DNA from: Candidatus Bathyarchaeota archaeon
GTDB lineage: Archaea > Thermoproteota > Bathyarchaeia > Bathyarchaeales > Bathycorpusculaceae
Reading direction: 5' to 3'
NCBI GenBank assembly: GCA_963777155.1
Contig: CAVZPM010000032.1
Location: 14,649-78,648 of the forward strand
DNA length: 64,000 bases
Shown: piece after piece, positions 52,455 through 63,363 of the stretch
Position numbering within the stretch: the stretch's first letter is position 1
How the letters are laid out: the number at the start of each line of letters is the position of its first letter
Notes under the pieces: generated by a model
The model's input: the letters and a program-made list of their open reading frames with translations, nothing else
Told to the model about the DNA's origin: nothing
Databases searched by the model: none
Position numbers and translations under genes: made by a program

Positions 52455-53555
52455 TTAGACTTTTATTTCTTCTGTTAAACCAGCTTCTGGATACGGGAAC
52501 AGATGAGCTTTATCCAGCGGATAAGTAATCGTAACATCTTCGCCTATCTTAACCCAATCCTCTGTCAGTGAAGGTCGGTTAATCACAAAGCGGTCTCCGT
52601 TATCAAGCCTTATTTCGTAGCGGACAACGATACCTTCAAAAGTGGTTTTTTCTACCTTTCCAAACAAACTGTTCTCAGCCTCAAAATGCCCCTTCTTCAT
52701 TTCGCATGTTTCAGGCCTTATGGCTAAAACTACCCGTTCACCAGTCTTAATATTCAATTGATTGAAGGCTTTAATAACTAAACCCTCCCGCAACTCAATG
52801 TCCGACTGACCATTAGCCTTAGTGATGTAACCTTCTAAAAAGTTGGATTCGCCAATAAAGTGGGCAACAAACAAGCTGTTCGGATGCATATAGAGTTCCT
52901 GGGAAGTCCCAACCTGAACAATCTTGCCCTTTTTCATAACCGCAATACGGTCTGAAATGGACATGGCTTCAGCTTGATCATGAGTAACATGGATTGCGGT
53001 TAGTTTAAGGTCTTTTGCCATCCTACGAATTTCATAACGGATTTCGTTGCGTACTTTGGCGTCTAGCTGCCCCAAGGGTTCATCCAGAAGCAGAGTTTTG
53101 GCGCCTGCAGCCAACGCTCGGGCAACGGCTATTCTCTGCATCATACCGCCGCTAAGTTCACTTGGATAAGCGTTTAAGCGTTCATTAAGTTTCACAAGCT
53201 CCAAAACTTCATGCCCAATCGTCTCAGCCTGTTTTGCATCGAAGTTTTTGACTTTAGGTCCGTAGATGACGTTACTCCAAGCTGTCATATGAGGAAACAG
53301 CGCAAATGTCTGGAAAACAAAACCGATGTCTCTGTCTTCAGGCGGTACTTTGTCGACTCGTCGGTCGCCAATGTAGATTTCGCCGCTGTCAGGCTCAATG
53401 AGCCCTGCTATTAGTCTAAGGAGGGTGGTTTTACCGCAGCCACTTGGTCCCAGAAGGGAAAAGTATTCTTGATCATGAATTGTAAGACTAACATTATCCA
53501 GGGCATACACTTTGCCATACTTCTTTGTTAAATTTACGACTCGGATATCAGGCAT
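52455..53555 (-). CDS. ABC transporter ATP-binding protein (PotA/FbpC-like, TOBE domain)
   Basis: GPSGCGKT, LSGGMMQR, LLLDEP and HVTHDQAEA motifs. Confidence 0.93.
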   Translation of the reverse strand: MPDIRVVNLTKKYGKVYALDNVSLTIHDQEYFSLLGPSGCGKTTLLRLIAGLIEPDSGEIYIGDRRVDKVPPEDRDIGFVFQTFALFPHMTAWSNVIYGPKVKNFDAKQAETIGHEVLELVKLNERLNAYPSELSGGMMQRIAVARALAAGAKTLLLDEPLGQLDAKVRNEIRYEIRRMAKDLKLTAIHVTHDQAEAMSISDRIAVMKKGKIVQVGTSQELYMHPNSLFVAHFIGESNFLEGYITKANGQSDIELREGLVIKAFNQLNIKTGERVVLAIRPETCEMKKGHFEAENSLFGKVEKTTFEGIVVRYEIRLDNGDRFVINRPSLTEDWVKIGEDVTITYPLDKAHLFPYPEAGLTEEIKV

Positions 53556-53606
53556 TTCTTGGTTCTCCTTTTAGTTGTTGTTTGGTAACTTCTGGTGGTT
53601 ATCATT

Positions 53607-55341
53607 TTAGACCTTACCTTTTCTAGTTAACAACCGTAAGACCAGCAGTATAATGAAACTGAATAATATCAGTAAACCGCATGCTAGACCCACTGTTAAT
53701 TCGTTGACTCCAGCGATTGGCGAAGCCGTACCTCTAATTGAGTTAACCCACCCTACTATCAAGACCGGCGCCGTCTGTAACTTTGAAGCAACAGCTAGAT
53801 GTTGCGCCTGTTTCGCTTACGCTACGAGTAAAGACGATGATTGCACCTGAAAGGATGGAATATTTTGTTATAGGCCAAACGATGGTTCGGAAGACTGCAA
53901 AAGGCTTAGCTCCTAAAGTTTTGGCTGCTTCTTCCATGTCGATTGTTATTCGCTCCATGGCTGCAGACATAGACCGCACAAAATACGGGTAAGTGATTGC
54001 CAAGTGTGCAAAGACCAAGAGCAAAAACTCCGGAATACCTGGAACACCAGTCCAAAAGAACTTTAGCGAAACACCAAGGGCGATCGAAGGGACAATTATT
54101 GGAACGTTTATCAACGTATCGAGCACTATTGAAAGCCATTTTCCAAAGGTTTTACGAGAAATAAGTATAGCCATAGGTAGACCTAAAGCAATCCCTAAGA
54201 CTGTAACTATAGCTGCCAAACTGTAAGATAGGGTAAGGCTCTGCCAGTAACTTGCCCAAACACCTGAACCGGAAAATGCATCTGTCAATGTTGTACCTGT
54301 TGTGATCGCTTGCAAAGCAGGTAACGCAACAAACATGGAAGGAATGAGCACAATTATCAAGAAAACCCCTAAAGCTATTCCGTTACGTGCCCAAGCCGCT
54401 TTTTTGTAGCTTAATTTCCTCTCAAAACGGGGTAAACCATGACCAAAAGGTAGCTTCATTCTTTGTCCTACCACACGGATTAAAACAAAAATGGCCAACG
54501 ATACAACAATCAAGATGAGGCTTGCAAAAACTGTTGCGCCCTCGTATGCTCCTTGAGATATGGCACCGCTTTTGAATTGGTTACTAACTGTTTGGATAAA
54601 TACTGGGCCGTTAAGGAATAATCCCGCAGCAACTATGAAGGTGGCACCTGTTTCAGAAAGCGACCTTGCAAATGCAAGTGTGTAAGCAGCAATCAGGGAG
54701 GGTTTTATTATTGGGAAGGTTACGGTCCTTGAAGCTGTTAAGGGAGGAGCCCCAAGTGTCCTGGACGCGCGTTCATATTCCATTTTATAGTCAAGCAACG
54801 CGCCAACAATTACCCGTACTACTACTGGAAAAGAAAACGTAAAATGAAGCAACATAACAAGTAGCCAACCCGGTGAAACAAAGGGATGACCAAACAAATC
54901 GGATATTCCTCCGGTTGAACTCCAAAATAAAAGAAGAGAATAACCTAAAGCTGCGGTTGGAACTACGAATGGTAGGTCAGCCAACGTGTCTAAGACCGTT
55001 AGCCACCTTGATTTTCCTCGGGTAATATACCAAGCCAGCGGAACCCCAGCCAACAAGTCCAAAGCAGCAACGACTAACCCTATAATAAAAGAGGTAGCAA
55101 TTGCTCCTAGAGCTGTATTCATCAAAGCTGGGTTATCAAAGACATTTTGAAGCGAGCCAGCTTTGGTTAAGATACCAATGATGGGCGGAATAAGGATTAA
55201 TCCGAAAAAGATGATGATTGCTGAGATGTAGAGGGTGTACTTTAGGGGTTTTTTAGATGACAACTTGTTTAGTGTGTTCCAGAGTTTGGTAAGCACAGCG
55301 CCGCTCCTTTCTTCAGCGTGGATTTTCCTCAACGGGGACAA
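53607..55341 (-). CDS. ABC transporter permease with duplicated domain (FbpB/ThiP-like; frameshift near C-terminus)
   Basis: Two EAA loops (ERASRTLGA, EEAAKTLGA) and two SETGAT motifs. Confidence 0.88.
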
Positions 55342-56216
55342 TAATTAATGATTCAAGTATATTAGCTGTTACATAGTACTAGCTTTTTTCTTCATATTTA
55401 CATGTTGAAAGTAAATACTTTCAATGGTAATGCGCCTTAACTATTGATTCTATTTAGCACTATACACAGTAGATGGGTGTAGCCTAATTCACCACCGGTT
55501 TTTTGCTGTAGGCACTAACATATCCTTGAATTCTTCGTGTTTTGCACTATCTTCGTTTTTATTATCATAGACACTTTTCTAAATCCAGTGTTTGATTTGC
55601 AGTTCTAAAAATTAGTACCTTTCTATCCAATCTTTGTTTACACTTTATTTTAACACAGTATGGTTCTCTTGTCTCTTTGGCAGATAACCATGTTCTTTGA
55701 ACAATTGCTTACTATTGCACGCTTTTTCCCTTAAAAAATTCATATTTGGACTATATCTTCTGCATGCTACCTGCGCGTTATATATTTCAGCTATGGGAAT
55801 ATGCCTTAAATCATCAAAAATCAACAACAAGAATAAGGTTCCAGGAGATTACATTTCGTGAAATTTATTGAAAATATTCTTCTCCACACTCGTGGAGGTT
55901 GTCCCAAACGCAATGTTTGCAGTTTTAATCGAGCCGAAAATCAAACCTGTTCTTTTGGCCCTTACACATATTGCGGGAAATACCGTTCAAAAATTGAATC
56001 AGAAAAAAAAGAAAAAGATATTTTGCTTTGAAGTCTGAGTAAGGTTCAGAATTCAATATCGTGAGGTCGACCTATCATTCGCTGTCGACATCGAGATCAA
56101 CATTTAATTGTTGTTTTTCTACATGATAACATCTGTGATTGTAAGATGACAGTCACATCTTTTTTTATCATCCAGCACCATATAACATATATTAAGATAT
56201 AATATGGTGTTTCCGA

Positions 56217-56684
56217 GTGCCCCAAAAAAATTTTAAGCCCTACTTTACTAAAAAAACAATATTCGCCGCCTCATGCATTCTAGCAATTGTAGTTCTCAGC
56301 ACTGCAATAGATGATTCTCCTTCAAACAGAAGCATTGTTAATGCAGAATCCATTAAAGGGATCGGAACGGGAATATATTGGGATCAAGCTTGTATGAACA
56401 AAACTCTTTCACTTAATTGGGGTCAACTAGAAGCAGGTTCAAGCAACAATTTGACAGTTTATGTCAGAAACGAAGGCAATTCGGCAGTTTCGCTATTGTT
56501 AAGCACATCAAATTGGGTTCCATCCACCACTTCGAGGTATATAACTCTAAATTGGAACTACGCTAACCAAGTCCTAAAAACAAATGAAGTACTTCCAATA
56601 GAATTAACATTGACTATATCTCCCACAATCGAGGGAACAACCGATTTCAGGTTTGTAACAACTGTTACAGCAATAGGTGTTTAG
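56217..56684 (+). CDS. Secreted Ig-like hypothetical protein
   Basis: Signal peptide; GIYWD..C, LNWG and VYVRNEGN motifs. Confidence 0.6.
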   Translation: MPQKNFKPYFTKKTIFAASCILAIVVLSTAIDDSPSNRSIVNAESIKGIGTGIYWDQACMNKTLSLNWGQLEAGSSNNLTVYVRNEGNSAVSLLLSTSNWVPSTTSRYITLNWNYANQVLKTNEVLPIELTLTISPTIEGTTDFRFVTTVTAIGV

Positions 56685-56943
56685 TAGAAAAACGCCTTTT
56701 TCGTTAAGCATGTTCGCTTTATTCATTCAACGTAGCTTCTTCTAATTCGCTATTAGATTTGCTTTTTCTTTTTAGAGTTTACGTTGACTTCACCAGGGCA
56801 GATCATCTGGCCTTTTTCCTCAAGTTGTCACTTCAATCATTAAGATGTAAATTAATAATTGACTATTTTTTCAATTTTATAGCGTTACTGCCAAGTGTGC
56901 AAGCTTGTTAAGGTTTTACGACAGGATGGACTTATTCTTGGTC

Positions 56944-57339
56944 TTAGGCATTATGTAGTGCAAGCTCAATTTGAATGATATTGGAGACATCAACCTGAAT
57001 AGTAACAATAAATCCAATTAAACAACCAAAGGTTAGAATCATAGTTACAAGTTTCAGATGTGCTGGGCTATGTCTCTTCGCTGCGTAATAGACAAAGAAA
57101 TACATCAATCCTAATGCAGCCATTATGCTTGATTTCCAAACCATCAATCCCCAAAAGCCATGAGTGCCAAGTACAGGCATGGCATACGTTCCAACTTCAG
57201 CAAGCCCCAAATCTAAGCCAACCCTGGTTGTCAAACCATCAAAGAATTGCCCAACAATCAATAAACCAAAACAACAATAAAGCCACTTTGAACTAAAAGT
57301 AGGAATCTTAATCGGGTTTCTACTAAGGAATGTCCTCAT
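56944..57339 (-). CDS. DUF5658-like membrane protein
   Basis: D.LTT..GL..G..E...K pattern; three TM helices. Confidence 0.55.
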   Translation of the reverse strand: MRTFLSRNPIKIPTFSSKWLYCCFGLLIVGQFFDGLTTRVGLDLGLAEVGTYAMPVLGTHGFWGLMVWKSSIMAALGLMYFFVYYAAKRHSPAHLKLVTMILTFGCLIGFIVTIQVDVSNIIQIELALHNA

Positions 57340-57673
57340 GGCTTCGCCGTCTCCTTCTCACGAGTCATGCCAAATAGTTTTTGGGCAATATATTTGATAT
57401 TCCAAATCTCAGAATATCTTAAAACAACATAAAAGAATTTTTAGAAAAGATATTCTTCTTTTTTCCATATTGCGTTTTTCGAAAGCTATTTCGCTTAAAA
57501 CTCGACCTTTGTTCTTAAAAGGTATTTGTTTAGGCGCCTCTTTAGAGTATTAGAGGGAAAAATAAAAGTGAATATTCGGAAACTCTGTTCCACTTATCAT
57601 CTTAGCAATCAATTAATATTCAAGGAAAGATTTTGCGGCTTCTCAGCGAAAACAAGTTATTATTTTAATCGCA

Positions 57674-58021
57674 TCATTTTTGGTGCATGCACTGGATTAC
57701 TTTAGTACATAGCAAACATTCTTCAGGAATTTGCTCTTTCTGTTCTCTCTCACCTATGTAGCCAAAGTGGTAGAAACAAGTAATTACTTGTTCTTTGTTT
57801 TGACTGGGCTTTTCTTCGAAAAGTTCAACATCAGAATAATTTTCTTCAGGTAGATCTTTGCTTTCGTTTTCACTAATCACTATTTCTGTAAGACAATACG
57901 GACATGCACTATAGGATACTTTTGAATCCTGTTGAAGATTTAATGTTGATAATGGCTTGACGAAAACTTTCCCACATGCTTTGTTAGGACAGGTTACTTT
58001 TGTATTCTCTCCCGTTTTCAT
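57674..58021 (-). CDS. Double Zn-finger hypothetical protein
   Basis: CPNKAC..F.KP...ACPYC and C.YHFGY...IPEECLLC...C. Confidence 0.65.
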   Translation of the reverse strand: MKTGENTKVTCPNKACGKVFVKPLSTLNLQQDSKVSYSACPYCLTEIVISENESKDLPEENYSDVELFEEKPSQNKEQVITCFYHFGYIGEREQKEQIPEECLLCTKVIQCMHQK

Positions 58022-58240
58022 TCACTTGCCTTATACGCACTCAAATTTGAAGCTATAGAGTTGCTTTCAATAGAGGATAATCACGCATATTAATATTTAC
58101 TATATTATGCCTTAGACACAACATATAGAACACCCCACAGAAGGAAGCCCCCCAGAATCGTTTGCTGGCGATCTCTACCCAAAACCAATAAATAGTATTT
58201 TACACTAATTCGAAATAAGCTATTTTTATAGGGTGAGAGA

Positions 58241-58969
58241 ATGGAAAAAATCGTCGGAGACAATTTTCAATTTGAAACAAAGTACGCCCGTAACAAGAAA
58301 CTAAGTGGTAGCTTGGACTGGGCAAACAGACCAGAAATTTACAAGAACTATCCATCGAGCAAAACAGTACAGTTGCCAAATAATTTCCACGATTCAACTG
58401 TCAGCTTTGTTGAAGTTCTTCAAAGACGCAAAAGCATCCGATCCTTCTCAACTTCACCTTTAAGTAAAGTAGATTTGGCTTTTCTTCTTTGGGCATCTAC
58501 AGGAATCCAAAGAACTGAACACGGCTACGATTACCGCACGATCCCGTCAGCTGGAGCATTATATCCCATAGAGACATATATAGCTGTAAATAACGTTGAA
58601 GACCTTACGGAAGGCATTTATCACTACAATATAAAGAATCATTTGTTAGAAGAAATAAAACTTGGGAATTTTGGAGCCAAAATAGCCCATGCAGCACTTG
58701 ACCAAGAGATGTGTGCTGAGGCATCTGTTGTCTTCATTTGGACTGCTATCTTTAGAAGATCAAAATGGAAATACTCCCAGAGAGCTTATCGATACATCTA
58801 TTTGGATGCAGGACACGTAGCGCAGAATTTGGCGTTAGCGGCGGTTAGCATCACCTGTGGATCCTGTCAAGTCGGGGCATTCTTTGATGACGAAATTAAC
58901 TCAATAATGGATGTAGATGGAATCGAAGAAAGCGCAATATGTCTTAGCGTAGTTGGGCATCCCAAATAA
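58241..58969 (+). CDS. SagB/ThcOx family nitroreductase-like dehydrogenase
   Basis: RRKSIR, PSAGALYPIETY and RAYRYIYLDAGHVAQN motifs. Confidence 0.9.
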   Translation: MEKIVGDNFQFETKYARNKKLSGSLDWANRPEIYKNYPSSKTVQLPNNFHDSTVSFVEVLQRRKSIRSFSTSPLSKVDLAFLLWASTGIQRTEHGYDYRTIPSAGALYPIETYIAVNNVEDLTEGIYHYNIKNHLLEEIKLGNFGAKIAHAALDQEMCAEASVVFIWTAIFRRSKWKYSQRAYRYIYLDAGHVAQNLALAAVSITCGSCQVGAFFDDEINSIMDVDGIEESAICLSVVGHPK

Positions 58970-59026
58970 CCTATAATTGTTGCTTTGGCCATCACAAAAA
59001 GACAGATAAAATTTTAAATCTTTACT

Positions 59027-59581
59027 ATGCTACAATTATATATGCAAAAAAGCATCAAAGCATTAATTCTCACCGCTGACAAGTTTGAAGACATGGAGTT
59101 ATTCTTTCCCTATTTCCGTTTGCTCGAAGAAGGAATAGAAGTTGACATAGCTGCCCCAAAGAAGGGACACATCGAGGGCGAGCACGGTTATGGACTTGAA
59201 ATTGAGAAAACCTTCGAGGACGTCGTACCAGGGAATTATGATATATTGTTTGTTCCTGGAGGATCACCATCTGGCGCACCTTCGGTTGTCAGAAAAGACC
59301 CTAAAGCTCAAACCATAGCAAAATCCTTTTTCAACTCCAACAAACCCGTCTGTTCTATATGTCATGGCCCTTGGCTCTTAGCTTCCGCAAACGTCATAAA
59401 AGGAAGACACTTGACTTCTTTCTGGTACGATGGAGTCCCAGAGGACATAAAGAAGGCAGGCGGCATATACGAAGACAAAGAAGTAGTCGTTGACGGAAAC
59501 CTTGTCACCTCACGTTACCCTGGAGATTTACCGGCGTTTATGCGGGAAACAATGCGATTGATAAACAAGATAAAAGAATAG
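59027..59581 (+). CDS. PfpI/DJ-1 family protein
   Basis: FEDME, VPGG, ICHGPW and VDGNLVTSRYPGDL motifs. Confidence 0.92.
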   Translation: MLQLYMQKSIKALILTADKFEDMELFFPYFRLLEEGIEVDIAAPKKGHIEGEHGYGLEIEKTFEDVVPGNYDILFVPGGSPSGAPSVVRKDPKAQTIAKSFFNSNKPVCSICHGPWLLASANVIKGRHLTSFWYDGVPEDIKKAGGIYEDKEVVVDGNLVTSRYPGDLPAFMRETMRLINKIKE

Positions 59582-59592
59582 AAGTATACGAG

Positions 59593-59666
59593 TGCGGGAA
59601 CCGGGATTTGAACCCGAGTCCTAGACTTGGCAAGCCTATGTACTAACCAAGCTGTACTATTCCCGC
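59593..59666 (-). tRNA. tRNA-Gly(GCC), intronless, CCA not encoded
   Basis: GCGGGAA/TTCCCGC acceptor stem, GTAC D-stem, TAGGC-TTGCCAA-GTCTA anticodon arm, GGTTCAAATCC T-arm, A73. Confidence 0.92.
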
Positions 59667-60111
59667 GTGAAGCACTCGCAACACCGAAATCTAAACACTT
59701 CCCATAATTGTATCTTTCTATTGTGTAGAGGATTTTTCTTTTTTTCTAATAGAGTTGAACTCAAACCCTCCAGACGATTGACTCTGGACATTGGATTGAA
59801 CTCCCTTCACCCATGGAGATATCAACCTGCATTTCCCCAAAAAATATGTCTACATGTGGGTTCACAACATAGACGAAGAAACAAAAGCAATCAGAAGAAG
59901 GTTATAAGATTTAGTTACGAACATGATCATAAAGGCGGAGCATCGCTATTGACGAAAAGCAGGCAGATCAGCGCACTACAATAGGACATTATTAGACAAA
60001 CCAAAAAGCACATAAATAACACACTTTCGACTTTGAACTCTGGCATGCGACCAAAAAAGCCGATGTGAACCATTGACACTGGTCGCTAGCCAAACAAAAA
60101 ACCATGTATGT

Positions 60112-60218
60112 GCGGTCGTAGTCTAGTTTGGTCTAGGACATCAAAGTGATTGATTCGCTCATCACTGTGTAAGCCTGCCACGCTGACGACCCGGGTTCAA
60201 ATCTCGGCGACCGCACCA
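60112..60218 (+). tRNA. tRNA-Gly(GCC) with a 29-nt intron at non-canonical position 29/30, CCA encoded
   Basis: GCGGTCG/CGACCGC acceptor stem; removing 60144-60172 gives TCAGC-CTGCCAC-GCTGA; BHB-type motif ACAT/GTGT with CAA and AAG bulges. Confidence 0.92.
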
Positions 60219-60580
60219 TTTCCATTTCTAAACATTAGAACCAGATCGGAGCTCTATTTGTCATCCCTGATTCTTTAACTGGACCATTGAGTTTCGTGTT
60301 TTCCATTTTTCTAAACCTGCAATATCAATAAGCAATAGATCATTGTGCACAACTATGTTGAGAGTGCCCACAAGCAGCTTAAAATCTGCCACAACCATGT
60401 TGAAAAGGCGCCTCCACATCCACTACTTCTACCAGACAAACCTAAATCCACAATGCAAATCTAAAACAGAACCCAAAACCCAACCATCTGGAAAGCTTGC
60501 GCACACAAAGCTCCTACTACTACAACCAAAAAGAAAACCCGTAAAACAAAGAGCTTGACTTGTTGACTCTATCATCCCCA

Positions 60581-60745
60581 AACCGACCCACCAACAACTA
60601 CCAACATCGAAAAAAGCCGTTTACTTCAACAACTACTACCCAATAAACCCCAAACTAGGAAGCAAACCAGAAACAAACCCTAGAAAACAACCAGAAAAAA
60701 CGCCCCCTGCACACAGGACAAACCAACAACTACCAAAGAGAAAAT
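60581..60745. repeat. A/C-rich dispersed repeat copy
   Basis: Homologous by eye to 41412-41550. Confidence 0.75.
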
Positions 60746-61388
60746 AAAAAAGACTGCAATAAAATTGGAATCAAACAAAAGAGGAAAGCAAAACAACCCA
60801 AAACATAACAAAATGATATTTCAGGGACTTATGGATGATTACATAATTACGCATCGAAATCTAGGCGCAGTAGCCGGTGTTTGCATCTGCTGTCTTTGCA
60901 TCCATATAACAGCAGGTTGGGATTGTTGTAGTTTGTTGTTAATACTTCTGTTTTCGATTTGCAGTTATCACATCTTTCGGCTCTTACTTGATCGTTTAGA
61001 ACGTGGCCTTTAACGAGTAAAACACTCCAAGATTTTTCTTTAAAATTGAACAATAAAGGACCCCTAAGATTCATTGCAGTTATGATGCCGACTATCTGCA
61101 ATGTAAAAATGTCATTCGGTGTTTAAATTAATTTGTGATTGTTGATAGACTACAACTTTCTTTGAATTTAATAATATTTGATACGTCAAATATTTTATGC
61201 ACAAGACCATTTGATTTGACATATTCTTGAAACGTCCTTAGTAGTCAAAAATTGATCAATACTTGGGGTTCAATGGCAAAGTTTTGTTTTTAGGTACTAA
61301 TTTTTGATATATAGGTTGCTTTCATAAGTGAGTTATATACCTTCAACTATTCTGGTTGTCAATAGATTTGGGAGGAAATGAATAAAAA

Positions 61389-61568
61389 ATGAAGCAATTT
61401 GCAGATAAAGATAGAAAAGAACTGGAAGCTAAATTAGCGAACGCGTTTGATAGGGAAATCAACTGTTTGTCAACCGAATTGCGTGAAATACTGCTAGATG
61501 ACCTGGTTACGGCATTCGAAAATAGATTAAACGTGTTAAACAATGCATCTAGAAAAAAGGCTTATTGA
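61389..61568 (+). CDS. Small helical hypothetical protein (59 aa)
   Basis: MKQFADKDRKELEAKLANAFDREINCLSTELREILLDDLVTAFENRLNVLNNASRKKAY; below the ORF-track cutoff. Confidence 0.6.
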   Translation: MKQFADKDRKELEAKLANAFDREINCLSTELREILLDDLVTAFENRLNVLNNASRKKAY

Positions 61569-61656
61569 AGGCTGAGATGGATAAAACTATTGATTTCTAA
61601 TACATAAATGATTTATAATCAAACAGCTCATTTAAACAAAAAAAGAGGAACACAAA

Positions 61657-61950
61657 GTGCGTCGATCAAAACTCGAAATGTATGTAGACATCCTTTCAGT
61701 GCTTGCCCATCGTGGACCGCTAAAGTTAACTCACGTCATGTACAAAGCAAACGTTAACTGCAGCATCCTAAAAGAATACCTTGAATTTCTCATAAAACAG
61801 GGTTTAGTGGAAGAACGCACTATAGGAAAAGCAAGGGTAGTTTTCGCTGTTACTCAACGGGGTATTACTGTTCTGAAATACTTTAAGGAATTAAAACAAG
61901 TATTGCCCATTGTAGAGGAAGCAAGGACTCAGACTCCTATTCCCTACTAA
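61657..61950 (+). CDS. Archaeal winged-helix DNA-binding protein
   Basis: RRSKLEMYVDIL, THVMYKANVN, YLEFL..GLV and TQRG motifs. Confidence 0.85.
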   Translation: MRRSKLEMYVDILSVLAHRGPLKLTHVMYKANVNCSILKEYLEFLIKQGLVEERTIGKARVVFAVTQRGITVLKYFKELKQVLPIVEEARTQTPIPY

Positions 61951-62114
61951 ATTTCCAGTTTTAACAATCTTTGGTTTAAATGTAATTTTTCTGTATTTTC
62001 TGGGTTGCTTTTTATTTATCCAAAATAAATAGTAATGTATCGCAAGACTTAATAAATACAAAACAGCTTAAGCTATTCAAACTGTACACATGAAAAACAA
62101 CTCGGGGATATTGC

Positions 62115-62504
62115 TTGATTAGAAATGAACTCTCAAATAAAAAACCCTTAAACATTCTAGAAAAAATAGAAGAAAGCCTCGAGAAACTAAACGACAAGAT
62201 GGAAATCATGATTGAAATCCAAAAGAACGGAAACGGCAACAACAACCAAAAAGGTGTCCTATCCCTACCCGACGCATCATTAGATGTAATGACGCTTCTA
62301 TCTATGCCTGATCACTTACGCAAAACAGCCATGACCATTTGCAGGTGCACTAGAGCAACAGCTGAAGAAATCTCTAAACAAACAACCCGGGCAAGAGCAG
62401 TAGAGAGCGCTTACCTTAATCAACTAGTCATTATGGGTTACCTAAAGAAAGAGCGAAAAGGTAGGAAAGCCTACTTTTTCATAGAGAAAGAAACTCAGAG
62501 TTGA
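62115..62504 (+). CDS. Coiled-coil + winged-helix protein
   Basis: N-terminal heptads; ATAEEIS..T.RARAVESAYLNQLV.MGYL.KERKGRKAYF. Confidence 0.75.
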   Translation: MIRNELSNKKPLNILEKIEESLEKLNDKMEIMIEIQKNGNGNNNQKGVLSLPDASLDVMTLLSMPDHLRKTAMTICRCTRATAEEISKQTTRARAVESAYLNQLVIMGYLKKERKGRKAYFFIEKETQS

Positions 62505-63290
62505 ATACCATGAGCAAAATAATCGCTGTACATTCCTACAAAGGCGGAACAGGTAAAACATCGCTATCCGTCAATTTGTCAGCAACATTCGCAAAAATGG
62601 GAAAGAAAGTCTGCATATTTGACCTTGACTTTCGAGCCCCAAGCTTATTCGCAATCCTAAAAACCCCAAATGCAGACCACTGGCTAAACGATTACCTAAA
62701 CAACACCTGTGAAATAGACAAAACCTTAATCGATTTAAGCAGCAGGTTATCCGGGAACGGCAAATTCTACGCGTGCTCTAGCAAACCCATCGACCGAAGC
62801 CATCCGTGACATGTCGTCAAAAGATAGAAAATGGGAAATGCGCGCCTTAGGCCGACTCCTCGCTTTAAGGGAAACAATGCTAAGAGACCAAAAGTTCGAT
62901 TACCTAGTCTTTGACACAAGCCCAGGACTGCAATATTCATCCATTAACGCTATAGTAGCCGCGGACTTTGTGACGGTAGCGACAACAGGCGATCGATCCG
63001 ACGTTGACGGAACAAAACGCATGCTGGCTGAACTCTACAACTTATTCGAGAAGAAAACGGGTTTGGTTTTAAACAAGGTGTTAGATCCCTCAGCAACCGC
63101 TAAAAAAACCGAGATGCAAAATAAGATCAAAATTGACTATCAAGTGCCACTGCTTGGAATGGTTCCGTGCTTCTGTGAAATTCTTCGCGCCGAGGGAAAC
63201 CTGATTTTTGTCCAGGATAAACCAGATCACCCCTTCACAAAGATTGTAGCAGAGATGGCTCGAAAAATAGATAATGACGAAATAAATTAA
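62501..63290 (+). CDS. ParA/MinD family ATPase (frameshift near 62775)
   Basis: Deviant Walker A YKGGTGKT; DLDFRAP; FDTSPG; VLNKV. Confidence 0.85.
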
Positions 63291-63363
63291 CCAAAACTTT
63301 CTTTTCCTTTCTTCAACAAAAAGCTTAAACAACACTACCTATGCTAGAATTTCCTGTTTGGAG

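Noticed and set aside
58241-59581. Azole RiPP cluster around the SagB-like gene
   Set aside because: No YcaO, precursor peptide or transporter nearby; stand-alone SagB-like nitroreductases are common
40-63290. Mass pseudogenisation or programmed frameshifting
   Set aside because: Single-base indels hit many unrelated, otherwise well-conserved genes (mfn, adenylate kinase, hppA, hydrogenase, ParA), often at short homopolymers and without accumulated nonsense decay; sequencing error is the simpler explanation
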